Of a DNA stretch of 25,264 nt, positions 7,396-15,425 are shown in pieces. How positions within the stretch are numbered: the first letter of the stretch is position 1; each line of letters opens with the position of its first letter. The position numbers and the translations under genes were made by a program. The notes under the pieces are model-generated. The model saw only the letters and a program-made list of their open reading frames with translations. It did not search any database and was not told the origin of the DNA. The DNA comes from a virus (taxonomy: Duplodnaviria > Caudoviricetes): positions 1 through 25,264 of IMG/VR virus record IMGVR_UViG_3300005326_000120; one strand, given 5' to 3'.

Positions 7396-7650
7396 ATGAA
7401 TTTACAAGAAGAATACAACAAACTCCTTGAACTGAAAGGAAACATAGAATCAGAGGCTTTTCAGGAAAAGATAATGCAGCCTTTATTCAAGGAACTAGAG
7501 AAGCAGAAGAACGCTTATGATTGTGAATCGCTAAGAGAACTATCAGTAGTCAAAGGAAAAAAACAAGGACTGACATTCATAATAAAACTCCTAAAGCAAG
7601 TAGAGATAGATTTAAATAATAAGAAGAACGAAATTGACGATTCGGACTAG
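7396..7650 (+). CDS. Small helical protein between portal and scaffold
   Basis: 84 aa, in a position commonly occupied in podovirus head modules. Confidence 0.75.
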   Translation: MNLQEEYNKLLELKGNIESEAFQEKIMQPLFKELEKQKNAYDCESLRELSVVKGKKQGLTFIIKLLKQVEIDLNNKKNEIDDSD

Positions 7651-7747
7651 AAAAAACTCTATATGTCCGAGCTGTTAATTAAAGGTCGAAACGGCTCCTA
7701 ACGGAGATGTAAATTGACCCGTTAGTACATTAAAAAATCTTAAACAA

Positions 7748-8464
7748 ATGGATACCAATATACAAGAACCCGTAGGGGGGCAGGACGTCTCCTCCTCTCA
7801 GGACACTTCAACGGATATTGCCCAGCCTACCCAATCAGAAGAAGTTGTAGACGGCGACCAATCTGAAGAAGTAGGAGAAGCACCTGAACTCCTCGCGGGA
7901 AAGTATAAGAGCCAAGACGAGCTGATCAAGGCGCACCAAGAACTTGAAAGAAAGTTAGGCGAACAAGGTCAAAAAGCCGAACTCGCAAACCTTTTGGAAA
8001 AGCAGACTGGTATGAATTATCAGCAAATCAAGGAACATTTGGCTAATCAAGAACGGAAACGAATGGAAGCGCAGTACCAGGCTAATCCTGGCGCCTATGC
8101 TTATCAGGAAGTGCAAGCCTTGAAAGGTCAACTTGCTATGCAAGCGGAAGAAAAAGAACTGGATAAGTTCCTATCTTCCGAAGAAGGCAAGGCTTATGCT
8201 CCATTCAAAGACAAGATATTCAAACTAGGACTGAATCTTGAAAAAGACAAGTCTTACCAAGATATCGCTAAAGAGTACTTTGGAGAGTCTCGCGCTCAAG
8301 GACAACATGATGCTTATAAAAAGATTGAAATGAAGCAGAATACACAGTCTAGCGGGACAAAAAGCACCCCTCAAAGAAAAGTATCTTTGGATGATTTGAG
8401 AAATATGACTCCTCAAGATAGGATTTCCGCGATGAGAACGCTTTATGGCTCGCAGACTAAATAG
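7748..8464 (+). CDS. Capsid scaffolding/assembly protein
   Basis: Acidic disordered N-terminus, LLAGKYKSQDELIKAHQELERKLG motif, coiled coils, and position just before the capsid gene. Confidence 0.85.
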   Translation: MDTNIQEPVGGQDVSSSQDTSTDIAQPTQSEEVVDGDQSEEVGEAPELLAGKYKSQDELIKAHQELERKLGEQGQKAELANLLEKQTGMNYQQIKEHLANQERKRMEAQYQANPGAYAYQEVQALKGQLAMQAEEKELDKFLSSEEGKAYAPFKDKIFKLGLNLEKDKSYQDIAKEYFGESRAQGQHDAYKKIEMKQNTQSSGTKSTPQRKVSLDDLRNMTPQDRISAMRTLYGSQTK

Positions 8465-8468
8465 TTAA

Positions 8469-9452
8469 ATGGGTGCAGCAACAGCAGCATTAGATTTAAC
8501 CACTACCCTAACTCCGGAAATGCAGCTCTATTATGAGACTACTTTTCTGGAGCGGGCCCAGGCGGAACAGGTATATAGTTTTTTGACAGAAGGTTCACGG
8601 ACTTCCATCCCTAAAAATGGTGGAAAGAGCGTCGCCTTTACTCGTCAGACAGCTTATACCCCCTCTACTGGTGGTTTGACCGAAGGACAAAACCCGACAG
8701 GAACTCCTTTCACTTCTACCACGATTTCAGCCACAGTGGTTGAACACGGAAACTATTCCCCGTTTTCTTCTCTTTTCCAACTAACTACGATTGATAAAGG
8801 ATTGGAAGAAAAGATTGAAACTATGGGACAGTATGCCGGAGATGAGATGGATATGACCCTTCTTTACTCAATGGTAGGTGGTGGAACTCGACAGTATGCC
8901 GGAGCGGGCGGATTGACAGGCGTCGGTGCAACTGACGTTATGACAGTCGCTTCTCTTCGAAAAGCCGTTAAAACTTTGAAATTGGCTAACGCTCCTAAGT
9001 TTGGAGCCCCAGCCGGAAAAGTTACTGGCGGAGCATACCGAGCAGTCATCAACACGTATGACTGGTACAACCTGATGGGGGACAGCTCTCAAGCGAACTT
9101 CACAAGCATTAATCAGTATGCTTCCCCAGAGGGAGTAAACCAGATTAAAGACCAGGAAATAAAGAGACTAGCCGGAGTAGATTGCGTCGAATCAAATCGC
9201 GCATACTCTCTCGCGACTCTCGGAGCTTCCTCATCTGATACAGGTTACATTTCTTTTGTAGCCGGTAAAGGAGCGGTTGGCGAAGTGGATATTGACGGAG
9301 ATGTTAAGCCTCGCATCATTTTCAACGACGTAACTTCAGGCGGAGTGGCTAACCCTCTTCAAATGTTTGGAACAGTTGGTTGGAAAGTGGATGGTTATGT
9401 CGCCAAAGTGCTTAACAGTACTTGGCTGATAGAAATGGTTCATCGTCCCTAG
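8469..9452 (+). CDS. Major capsid protein (N4-gp56-like family)
   Basis: YYETTFLERA, IPKNGGKSVAF, LTEG, LRKAVKTLKLANAP, NPLQMFGTVGWK. 327 aa, directly after the scaffold. Confidence 0.9.
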   Translation: MGAATAALDLTTTLTPEMQLYYETTFLERAQAEQVYSFLTEGSRTSIPKNGGKSVAFTRQTAYTPSTGGLTEGQNPTGTPFTSTTISATVVEHGNYSPFSSLFQLTTIDKGLEEKIETMGQYAGDEMDMTLLYSMVGGGTRQYAGAGGLTGVGATDVMTVASLRKAVKTLKLANAPKFGAPAGKVTGGAYRAVINTYDWYNLMGDSSQANFTSINQYASPEGVNQIKDQEIKRLAGVDCVESNRAYSLATLGASSSDTGYISFVAGKGAVGEVDIDGDVKPRIIFNDVTSGGVANPLQMFGTVGWKVDGYVAKVLNSTWLIEMVHRP

Positions 9453-9466
9453 TAAAACTGAATAGC

Positions 9467-9517
9467 ATTATTTCTCGGGTGATTCCTGAAACTTCACCCG
9501 AGTTCAGGAGAAATAAT
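9467..9517 (+). promoter_or_regulatory. Structured intergenic element with alternative pairings after the capsid gene
   Basis: CTCGGGTGA/TCACCCGAG stem, loop TCCTGAA complementary to the downstream TTCAGGA, and outer stem ATTATTTCTC/GAGAAATAAT. Confidence 0.55.
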
Positions 9518-9559
9518 TAACTCTATGGAAACTCTACGAGTGTCCATTAACAAAAAAAT

Positions 9560-9790
9560 ATGAAACCAGTAGGAAGAAGAGTCGTTTTAAAATGCGACCT
9601 GTCATTAGATAAAGACGGGAATGAAATAGTCTCTCAAGAGGCTAAGGTTTTAGATTCCGGCATTGAAGAAGTAAAGAAAGGAGATGTAGTATTTTTCAAT
9701 CAATTCGGCGCGGTGAGCGTCAACAGCTTGAAGACTAAAAAGGGTATCGTCTTAATCGTCGACAGTGAAGACGTATACGGAAAACTATGA
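9560..9790 (+). CDS. groES: GroES/Cpn10-like co-chaperonin (shortened)
   Basis: MKPVGRRVVLK ... VKKGDVVFFNQFGA ... LIVDSEDVYG follows the GroES pattern KPLxDRVxV...VKVGDxVxF...LIxxExDILA. Confidence 0.75.
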   Translation: MKPVGRRVVLKCDLSLDKDGNEIVSQEAKVLDSGIEEVKKGDVVFFNQFGAVSVNSLKTKKGIVLIVDSEDVYGKL

Positions 9791-10056
9791 TTTGCAACGA
9801 AAGATTTAAAAAGTTGGCGAATAAGTACGGATTCAAAATTAGAAAATGCCCCAACAGGAATGACATCTTATCAGTCCAGTACCAAAACCATCACATAATG
9901 ACCATTCCTAGAAAGATGTATGGATTCATCAAGCCTAATTATCGCCCGATTGGCTGGAACAGGCCTCATCCTGATTACTTCCGGTTAGAACACGAACTAA
10001 AGAACTGGAACCTATTGATTAAAAGGACTAATTATCTGAAAGAAGCCTATGACTAA
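9787..10056 (+). CDS. Basic hypothetical protein
   Basis: 89-aa ORF coupled to both neighbours. Confidence 0.7.
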   Translation: MICNERFKKLANKYGFKIRKCPNRNDILSVQYQNHHIMTIPRKMYGFIKPNYRPIGWNRPHPDYFRLEHELKNWNLLIKRTNYLKEAYD

Positions 10057-11698
10057 AGTGCTCGGAATTAATACGGATTGGGGAAGGCCTGATTGCGACG
10101 GAAAGTACGGCGGAGTGGGTTGGTATCGGATTATTAATCCCCTAGAGAAGTTAGGAGCGGATGTTATAAGAGGAAGTTTCTATCTGCAAGGAGCAAAGAC
10201 CGCCCTGGAACTAAAGCAAAGAGGAGAAGTATGGGTAACTAAACCGATGGATTCAATGACTGTGTTGATTGAGTTGTTCACTGATAGGGATTTCGCCGGA
10301 ACTAAACTCATTTTGGATTTAGATGATGATCCCTTCAATTTAAACCGACAACATCCTAGTTATCAGACATTTATCGACCGAAAACCCCAATACGAATATG
10401 TCATCAAGAACGCTGACCGATTGATAGTTTCCACTGAAGCCATAAAGAATGTCGTAAAACACCTAAACAATAAAATTGATGTTATCCCCAACGGAATTGA
10501 CCCTGAAATATGGAAAGTGAAACGGAAGAAAAGAAAAGACGGAAAGATTCGGGTAGGTTGGTTTGGTTCTTCATCACATATGGTTGATATGCCGATAATA
10601 CTTCCGGTTGTTGAAGAGTTGGAGAATAAATACCCCAATGTAGAGTTTCATATCGCTGGGATTGCTAACGAGGATATCGCAGAGGGACGAAGATTCCATC
10701 ATAAACCTACTAAGGGTTACGAAGAATATCCGCAATTTGTGGCTGATATGGATTTAGACATAGCTATCGCGCCACTGCTCGACACGAAATTCAACCGCGC
10801 GAAGTCTAATATCAAATGGTTAGAACACGCAATGCTCGATACTCCGATGGTTTTAAGTAAAGTCAGTCCCTATAAGGAATGTGTAACCCACGAAAAGAAT
10901 GGATTTCTCGCTGAAACCAAAGAGGATTGGATTAAATACCTGGTTATGCTCATAGAAGACAAAAAGCTAAGGTCAAGCGTGGGAAAAGCGGCTCATCAGG
11001 CAGTGTTAGACAACTGGACGATAGATAAGTTTCTGCCAATGTATGAGAAAGTCATTGAAAAAGTCCGACCGAAAAATATCACGGTTTACACCTCAATCAC
11101 AGGAGGAAAAGACGATTTAATTGACGACCAATGCACCGAGGGAGCGGAATTTGTCGCTTTTACCGACAGGCAATCAGAGGTCTGGAAGTGCGTGAAGCCT
11201 TACGACCGATTCAAAGACGAACGAAGAAACTCTAGGATTCAGAAGTTAATGCCTCATCTGTATTTTGATACCGAATACTCGATTTATATTGACGGAAACA
11301 TTTCCTTAAAAGTTCCGGCGCAAAAACTGATAGATGAATTTCTAAAAGATAAAGATGTCGCTGTATTCAGGCACGTCGGAAGAGACTGCATTTACGACGA
11401 AGCTGACGCGATTATAGGATTCGGTTTTGAAGACCCCAACGAAGTGATGAAACAGGTCAAGGAATATTCCAAGAGAGGAACAAAGAAGCACGCCGGACTA
11501 TGCGAGTGCGGAGTGATTATCCGAAAACACACTAAGAATGTGGAGAGGTGGAATGAAAAATGGTTTGCAGAATATTGTCGATATTCAAAACGTGACCAAC
11601 TTTCATTTCCAATAGCTTTCCCTTTAGAAGAAGTGGAGATGATAGAAAGTAGTGTTTGGAGACATCCATATTTCACATTTATAAAACACGCCAAATGA
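10049..11698 (+). CDS. Two-domain glycosyltransferase: GT4-like (GT-B) plus C-terminal DUF616/TOD1-MUCI70-like domain
   Basis: N-terminal part has DLDD, ADRLIVST, VIPNGID, VGWFGSSSH, DIAIAPL...FNRAKSNIKWLE. C-terminal part has VYTSITGGKD, FVAFTD, KLMPH, SIYIDGN, RDCIYDEA and RDQLSF. Confidence 0.85.
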   Translation: MTKVLGINTDWGRPDCDGKYGGVGWYRIINPLEKLGADVIRGSFYLQGAKTALELKQRGEVWVTKPMDSMTVLIELFTDRDFAGTKLILDLDDDPFNLNRQHPSYQTFIDRKPQYEYVIKNADRLIVSTEAIKNVVKHLNNKIDVIPNGIDPEIWKVKRKKRKDGKIRVGWFGSSSHMVDMPIILPVVEELENKYPNVEFHIAGIANEDIAEGRRFHHKPTKGYEEYPQFVADMDLDIAIAPLLDTKFNRAKSNIKWLEHAMLDTPMVLSKVSPYKECVTHEKNGFLAETKEDWIKYLVMLIEDKKLRSSVGKAAHQAVLDNWTIDKFLPMYEKVIEKVRPKNITVYTSITGGKDDLIDDQCTEGAEFVAFTDRQSEVWKCVKPYDRFKDERRNSRIQKLMPHLYFDTEYSIYIDGNISLKVPAQKLIDEFLKDKDVAVFRHVGRDCIYDEADAIIGFGFEDPNEVMKQVKEYSKRGTKKHAGLCECGVIIRKHTKNVERWNEKWFAEYCRYSKRDQLSFPIAFPLEEVEMIESSVWRHPYFTFIKHAK

Positions 11699-12555
11699 AA
11701 CACACATTTTACATCCCGATAGGAGATAGAAATACGGCCAGTTCAAGACTGCGAGTTTTCAATATCCAACCGTTTATAAAAAACTCGCATATCGGAGTAG
11801 CTGACCATTACGAAAAAGGAGACACACTTATTATTCAGAAAGCACCAGCCATAGAAGAATTAAGGCGAGCTAAAAAAGACGGCGCCAAAGTTATCTACGA
11901 TATAGACGATTTATACTACAAAGAAAATCACGTTTACGAAAATTGGCAAGATTATCTGACTATGGTCAAGGAAGCCGACCTTGTAACCTGCGACACGGAA
12001 GAAAAGAAAAAAGATTTAGAGAAATTGAACAAGACTGTCATTATTCCCGATTCGCTTGATTGGGACGGAACAAAGAAAGTTGAATATCGAGAGGGGAATA
12101 TTATCGGCTGGACTGGCTACGGAAACAACTCAATTTATCTAAACGACATAATCCCTCAACTGAAAGACTGGAAATTAAGACTAGTTGCTGATATCAGTTG
12201 GTTGCAATACATCAAAGGTAATCCACTGAACGTTAATTCACGTCCTTGGAACATAGAAACAGTCGATAGATATTTAGCAGAATGTGATTTAGGGATTTAT
12301 TATATGCCGGACAGGGAGTTTGAGAACGTAAAAGGCTGTCATAAGTTACTTAAAAATTGGGCGATAGGACTGCCTACATACACTTCGAGGATTCCAGATT
12401 ACGTGAAAGCGATGAAAGAGGCCGGAGTGGGAGAAAAATATCTGGTAAACGACTGGTCAAAATTAAAAAACATCGGCTTTGATGAAAAGTGTCGAAAATA
12501 CGCCTTAAAGTTTGAAGCTAAAGAAATGGCAAAATTATGGGAAAAAGTGATCTAA
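11695..12555 (+). CDS. GT4-like glycosyltransferase (start likely ATG 11695)
   Basis: ASSRLR, IIQK, VIYDIDD, ADLVTCDT, IIPDSLD, IGWTG, CDLGI, KGCHKL...AIGLP. ATGA overlap with the upstream stop. Confidence 0.75.
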   Translation: MKHTFYIPIGDRNTASSRLRVFNIQPFIKNSHIGVADHYEKGDTLIIQKAPAIEELRRAKKDGAKVIYDIDDLYYKENHVYENWQDYLTMVKEADLVTCDTEEKKKDLEKLNKTVIIPDSLDWDGTKKVEYREGNIIGWTGYGNNSIYLNDIIPQLKDWKLRLVADISWLQYIKGNPLNVNSRPWNIETVDRYLAECDLGIYYMPDREFENVKGCHKLLKNWAIGLPTYTSRIPDYVKAMKEAGVGEKYLVNDWSKLKNIGFDEKCRKYALKFEAKEMAKLWEKVI

Positions 12556-13115
12556 CAATTCTTTATACATACTATGGTCAGAAAGAGAGAATAGACGGAA
12601 TTTTAAAAGAAAAACACCCAGATACGAGACTAATCATTGTTGATGACGGCACGCCAGAGCCACTCCAATCGCCAGACGCTGAAGTCATAAGAATACCAAT
12701 GGATGTACCTTGGAATCAGCCAGCAGCTAGAAACAGAGGGTTTGAAGCGGCAGAGGGGTGGATAGTGTGCGCCGATATCGACCACTTAGTTACCAAAGAA
12801 AACGTAGAAGATATTTTAAAACTCAAGAAAGAAAGAGGAACAGTTTATTTTCTCGGAAGGGAAGACAATAATAGTTGGAATGTTTATCTGATACACAAGG
12901 AAGATTTTGACAAGATAGGAGGATATGATGAAGATTTTTGCGGACATTACGGGTATGACGATATAGATTTTTTATGGCGTTGCCAAGACAATCTCAAAGT
13001 GGAGGAAAGACGGGATATTAAAGTCAAAGTATTCGCTAAGGAGTCCAGCTCAAAACTGGAAAGAGACACGGAATTTAACAAACAATTATTGAAAAATAAA
13101 TGGGAAAAATACTAA
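12537..13115 (+). CDS. GT2/GT7-like (GT-A fold) glycosyltransferase
   Basis: IIVDDG, AARNRG, DxD motif (ADID), FDKIGGYDEDFCGHYGYDDIDF. Confidence 0.85.
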   Translation: MGKSDLTILYTYYGQKERIDGILKEKHPDTRLIIVDDGTPEPLQSPDAEVIRIPMDVPWNQPAARNRGFEAAEGWIVCADIDHLVTKENVEDILKLKKERGTVYFLGREDNNSWNVYLIHKEDFDKIGGYDEDFCGHYGYDDIDFLWRCQDNLKVEERRDIKVKVFAKESSSKLERDTEFNKQLLKNKWEKY

Positions 13116-13576
13116 ATCTTGGTTCGGGAGATATGGGAAGAACAGAAGGGATAACTAATGTTGATTGCCGAAGACTCCATAATGTCGATGTGGTGGCTGA
13201 TGTCAGAGAATTGCCTTTTAGCGATAACGAGATAGAGGGGATTATAAACAGAAATTTGATTGAACATTTTGGAAGAAACGAAATTAGACCATTGCTAAAA
13301 GAATGGGTTAGAGTTTTGAAACCAGGAGGATTTTTACAAGTTGAAACTGTGGATATGGGACGCTTGATGGACAAATGGCGGGAGATTCCAGAAGAAAATA
13401 TGTTAGACGGAATTTTGGGAGCGCAGACATACGATGAGAATTTTCACAAGATGGTTTTTACTAAGGGAATTTTAGAAAAATTTTTAACTGAAGCAGGATT
13501 TGAGATAGAGGAAGTCAGGCAATTTGATGCTCGGGAAATTCCCAGAATAATAATAATCGCAAAGAAATGCGAATAA
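13100..13576 (+). CDS. Class I SAM-dependent methyltransferase
   Basis: LNLGSG motif I, DVVADVRELPF, LIEH, EWVRVLKPGG. Confidence 0.9.
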   Translation: MGKILNLGSGDMGRTEGITNVDCRRLHNVDVVADVRELPFSDNEIEGIINRNLIEHFGRNEIRPLLKEWVRVLKPGGFLQVETVDMGRLMDKWREIPEENMLDGILGAQTYDENFHKMVFTKGILEKFLTEAGFEIEEVRQFDAREIPRIIIIAKKCE

Positions 13577-13941
13577 GAATAAGGGATTTTTTTGAAACAT
13601 TGGATGTATGCAAAGAAACATTCCACCCAAACGAAGACTGGAAAGAAATGGAAGCGTGCATACTGATTTTAGATGGAATGGGTTTAATAGGAATTGTTTA
13701 CTACAAACCATACAAAGAGAAAAAAGAATTGGGGATAGTTATTAGAAAAGAATATTGGGGGCAAGGAAGAGGGGAGAAAGCGATTAGGGGAATAAGCGAA
13801 CTGGCGAAAGGAAACGGAATCACGGAATTAATAGCCAAGGTATTTACAAAAAACAGACCAATGATTCATCTGATGGATAAATTAGGATGGGAGTGTTATG
13901 AAGAAAAATTAGATTTTAAACTTTTTAAAAAAACTCTATGA
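13567..13941 (+). CDS. GNAT (RimJ/RimL-like) N-acetyltransferase
   Basis: ELGIVIRKEYWGQGRG acetyl-CoA-binding motif A and N..MIHL..KLGW motif B. Confidence 0.85.
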   Translation: MRIRIRDFFETLDVCKETFHPNEDWKEMEACILILDGMGLIGIVYYKPYKEKKELGIVIRKEYWGQGRGEKAIRGISELAKGNGITELIAKVFTKNRPMIHLMDKLGWECYEEKLDFKLFKKTL

Positions 13942-15002
13942 TACCTGTTCTATTCCCACATTTCACGGATGAGCAAATTAAAAATATAAACGAAGAACTA
14001 GCTAAGATTTTTAAGATAGGTTGGATAGGTCAAGGCCCCAAAGTCCAAGAGCTGGAAGAGAAGTGGGCTAAATTCACCGGAGCAAAATATGCAGTAGCGG
14101 TCAATTCTTGTACCTCAGCTTTAGATGTCGCTTGTCGATTGATTAAATTACCAAATCCTGTAAAAGTTTCCGCATTTACATTCGTCAGCTCGGCTCTCGC
14201 ACCATTAAACGCCGGATATAAAATAAAGTTCGTTGATATAGATAAGAAAAGTTTATGCACTAAAAAAGCTGATATTCAAGTAATGTACGCCGGCAATCAA
14301 TTCGGAGAGGGCAAAATTTACGATATGGCACATTCCGGCGGAGCGAAACATAAAGGTCTTATCAGCTGTTGGAGCTTCCACGCTGTTAAAAATTTACCCG
14401 CCGGAGACGGAGGGATGATCACGATGAATGATAAGACGCTCTATGAGCGCGCCAAGGCTCTGGCGTGGTGCGGAATAGACAAAAGCACCTTTCAAAGAAC
14501 CGGAAAGAAGTATAACTGGGATTATGACATTAATGTTGCGGGTTTAAAGGCTCATATGAACGACATTACGGCTGTAATCGCCCTGGAACAGTTGAAATCA
14601 CTAAAAGAAAACAATAAGTATAGGAAAGAACTGGCCAATACCTACGACAAACACCTTCCGAAGTGGATTAAAAGGCCTTTTAGAAGCAAAACGTGGCACC
14701 TCTACACTATCCAGATACCTCAAAGAGATGGATTGATGGATTATCTGGCTTCGGTGGGATTTTCAACTGGTTGTCATTATAAGCCTCTCTATAAATATCC
14801 TATATTCGGACAAAAAGAATTACCTGTAACTGAAAAAGTATTTAAACACATAATCACGCTCCCGTTGCACTTAGGATTAAGCGTTTCGGAGGTCAAAAAT
14901 ATCTGTGAACACATCGGATTCTATTTTCAGGACAAGGGAATCGACGGAAATAAAAGAACAAGTACCAGAAAAACCAGCCGAAGTAACGGGGGTAGTAGAT
15001 AA
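13938..15002 (+). CDS. DegT/DnrJ/EryC1/StrS family PLP-dependent sugar aminotransferase
   Basis: GWIGQGPKV, AVAVNSCTSAL, FTFVSS, FVDID, DMAH, SFHAVKNLPAGDGG (PLP lysine), HYKPL, TLPLH. Confidence 0.92.
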   Translation: MIPVLFPHFTDEQIKNINEELAKIFKIGWIGQGPKVQELEEKWAKFTGAKYAVAVNSCTSALDVACRLIKLPNPVKVSAFTFVSSALAPLNAGYKIKFVDIDKKSLCTKKADIQVMYAGNQFGEGKIYDMAHSGGAKHKGLISCWSFHAVKNLPAGDGGMITMNDKTLYERAKALAWCGIDKSTFQRTGKKYNWDYDINVAGLKAHMNDITAVIALEQLKSLKENNKYRKELANTYDKHLPKWIKRPFRSKTWHLYTIQIPQRDGLMDYLASVGFSTGCHYKPLYKYPIFGQKELPVTEKVFKHIITLPLHLGLSVSEVKNICEHIGFYFQDKGIDGNKRTSTRKTSRSNGGSR

Positions 15003-15351
15003 ATCAGAATTAGAAGTTTTTAAGGAAGATTCTAGTTCGTTGGATAACTGGGAACTAAATAATGGAAAATATGGTTTGTCTTTTTTAGGGATTAAGGAAA
15101 TAGGAAAGACCTTCCCAGTCAGCGCTCAATTCGGAGTAATAGACAAGTATATTAAGGGAGAAATGGAAGCAAATGGATACGACAAGACTCCTGAAAAATG
15201 GCAAGAGATTTTAAAAGAACTAGAAACAGAAATCGGAAGCGAAAAACTGAATGTCTATGAAAGATTAAAAAAATTAGTTTCATTAATAGGAATTATTAAG
15301 AAACAGAATTCTTTAAAAGAAAAGCGAAAACTCTACGGCTTTTTGCAATAG
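14905..15351 (+). CDS. Hypothetical protein
   Basis: 148-aa ORF with a GTG start overlapping the aminotransferase 3' end by 98 bp. Start position uncertain. Confidence 0.7.
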   Translation: MNTSDSIFRTRESTEIKEQVPEKPAEVTGVVDKSELEVFKEDSSSLDNWELNNGKYGLSFLGIKEIGKTFPVSAQFGVIDKYIKGEMEANGYDKTPEKWQEILKELETEIGSEKLNVYERLKKLVSLIGIIKKQNSLKEKRKLYGFLQ

Positions 15352-15405
15352 AGTTTTTATTTTATCCTCAAATCGTTTATGTAGAGTTGGCGTTTTGGGG
15401 ATAAA
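15327..15405 (+). promoter_or_regulatory. Two adjacent hairpins (first is terminator-like) between the cassette and the adaptor gene
   Basis: AAAACTCTA/TAGAGTTTT (15327-15357) followed by a T-rich run, then TTTATCCTCAAA/TTTGGGGATAAA (15361-15405). Confidence 0.5.
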
Positions 15406-15425
15406 CTAAGCATTTTATTTAATTT

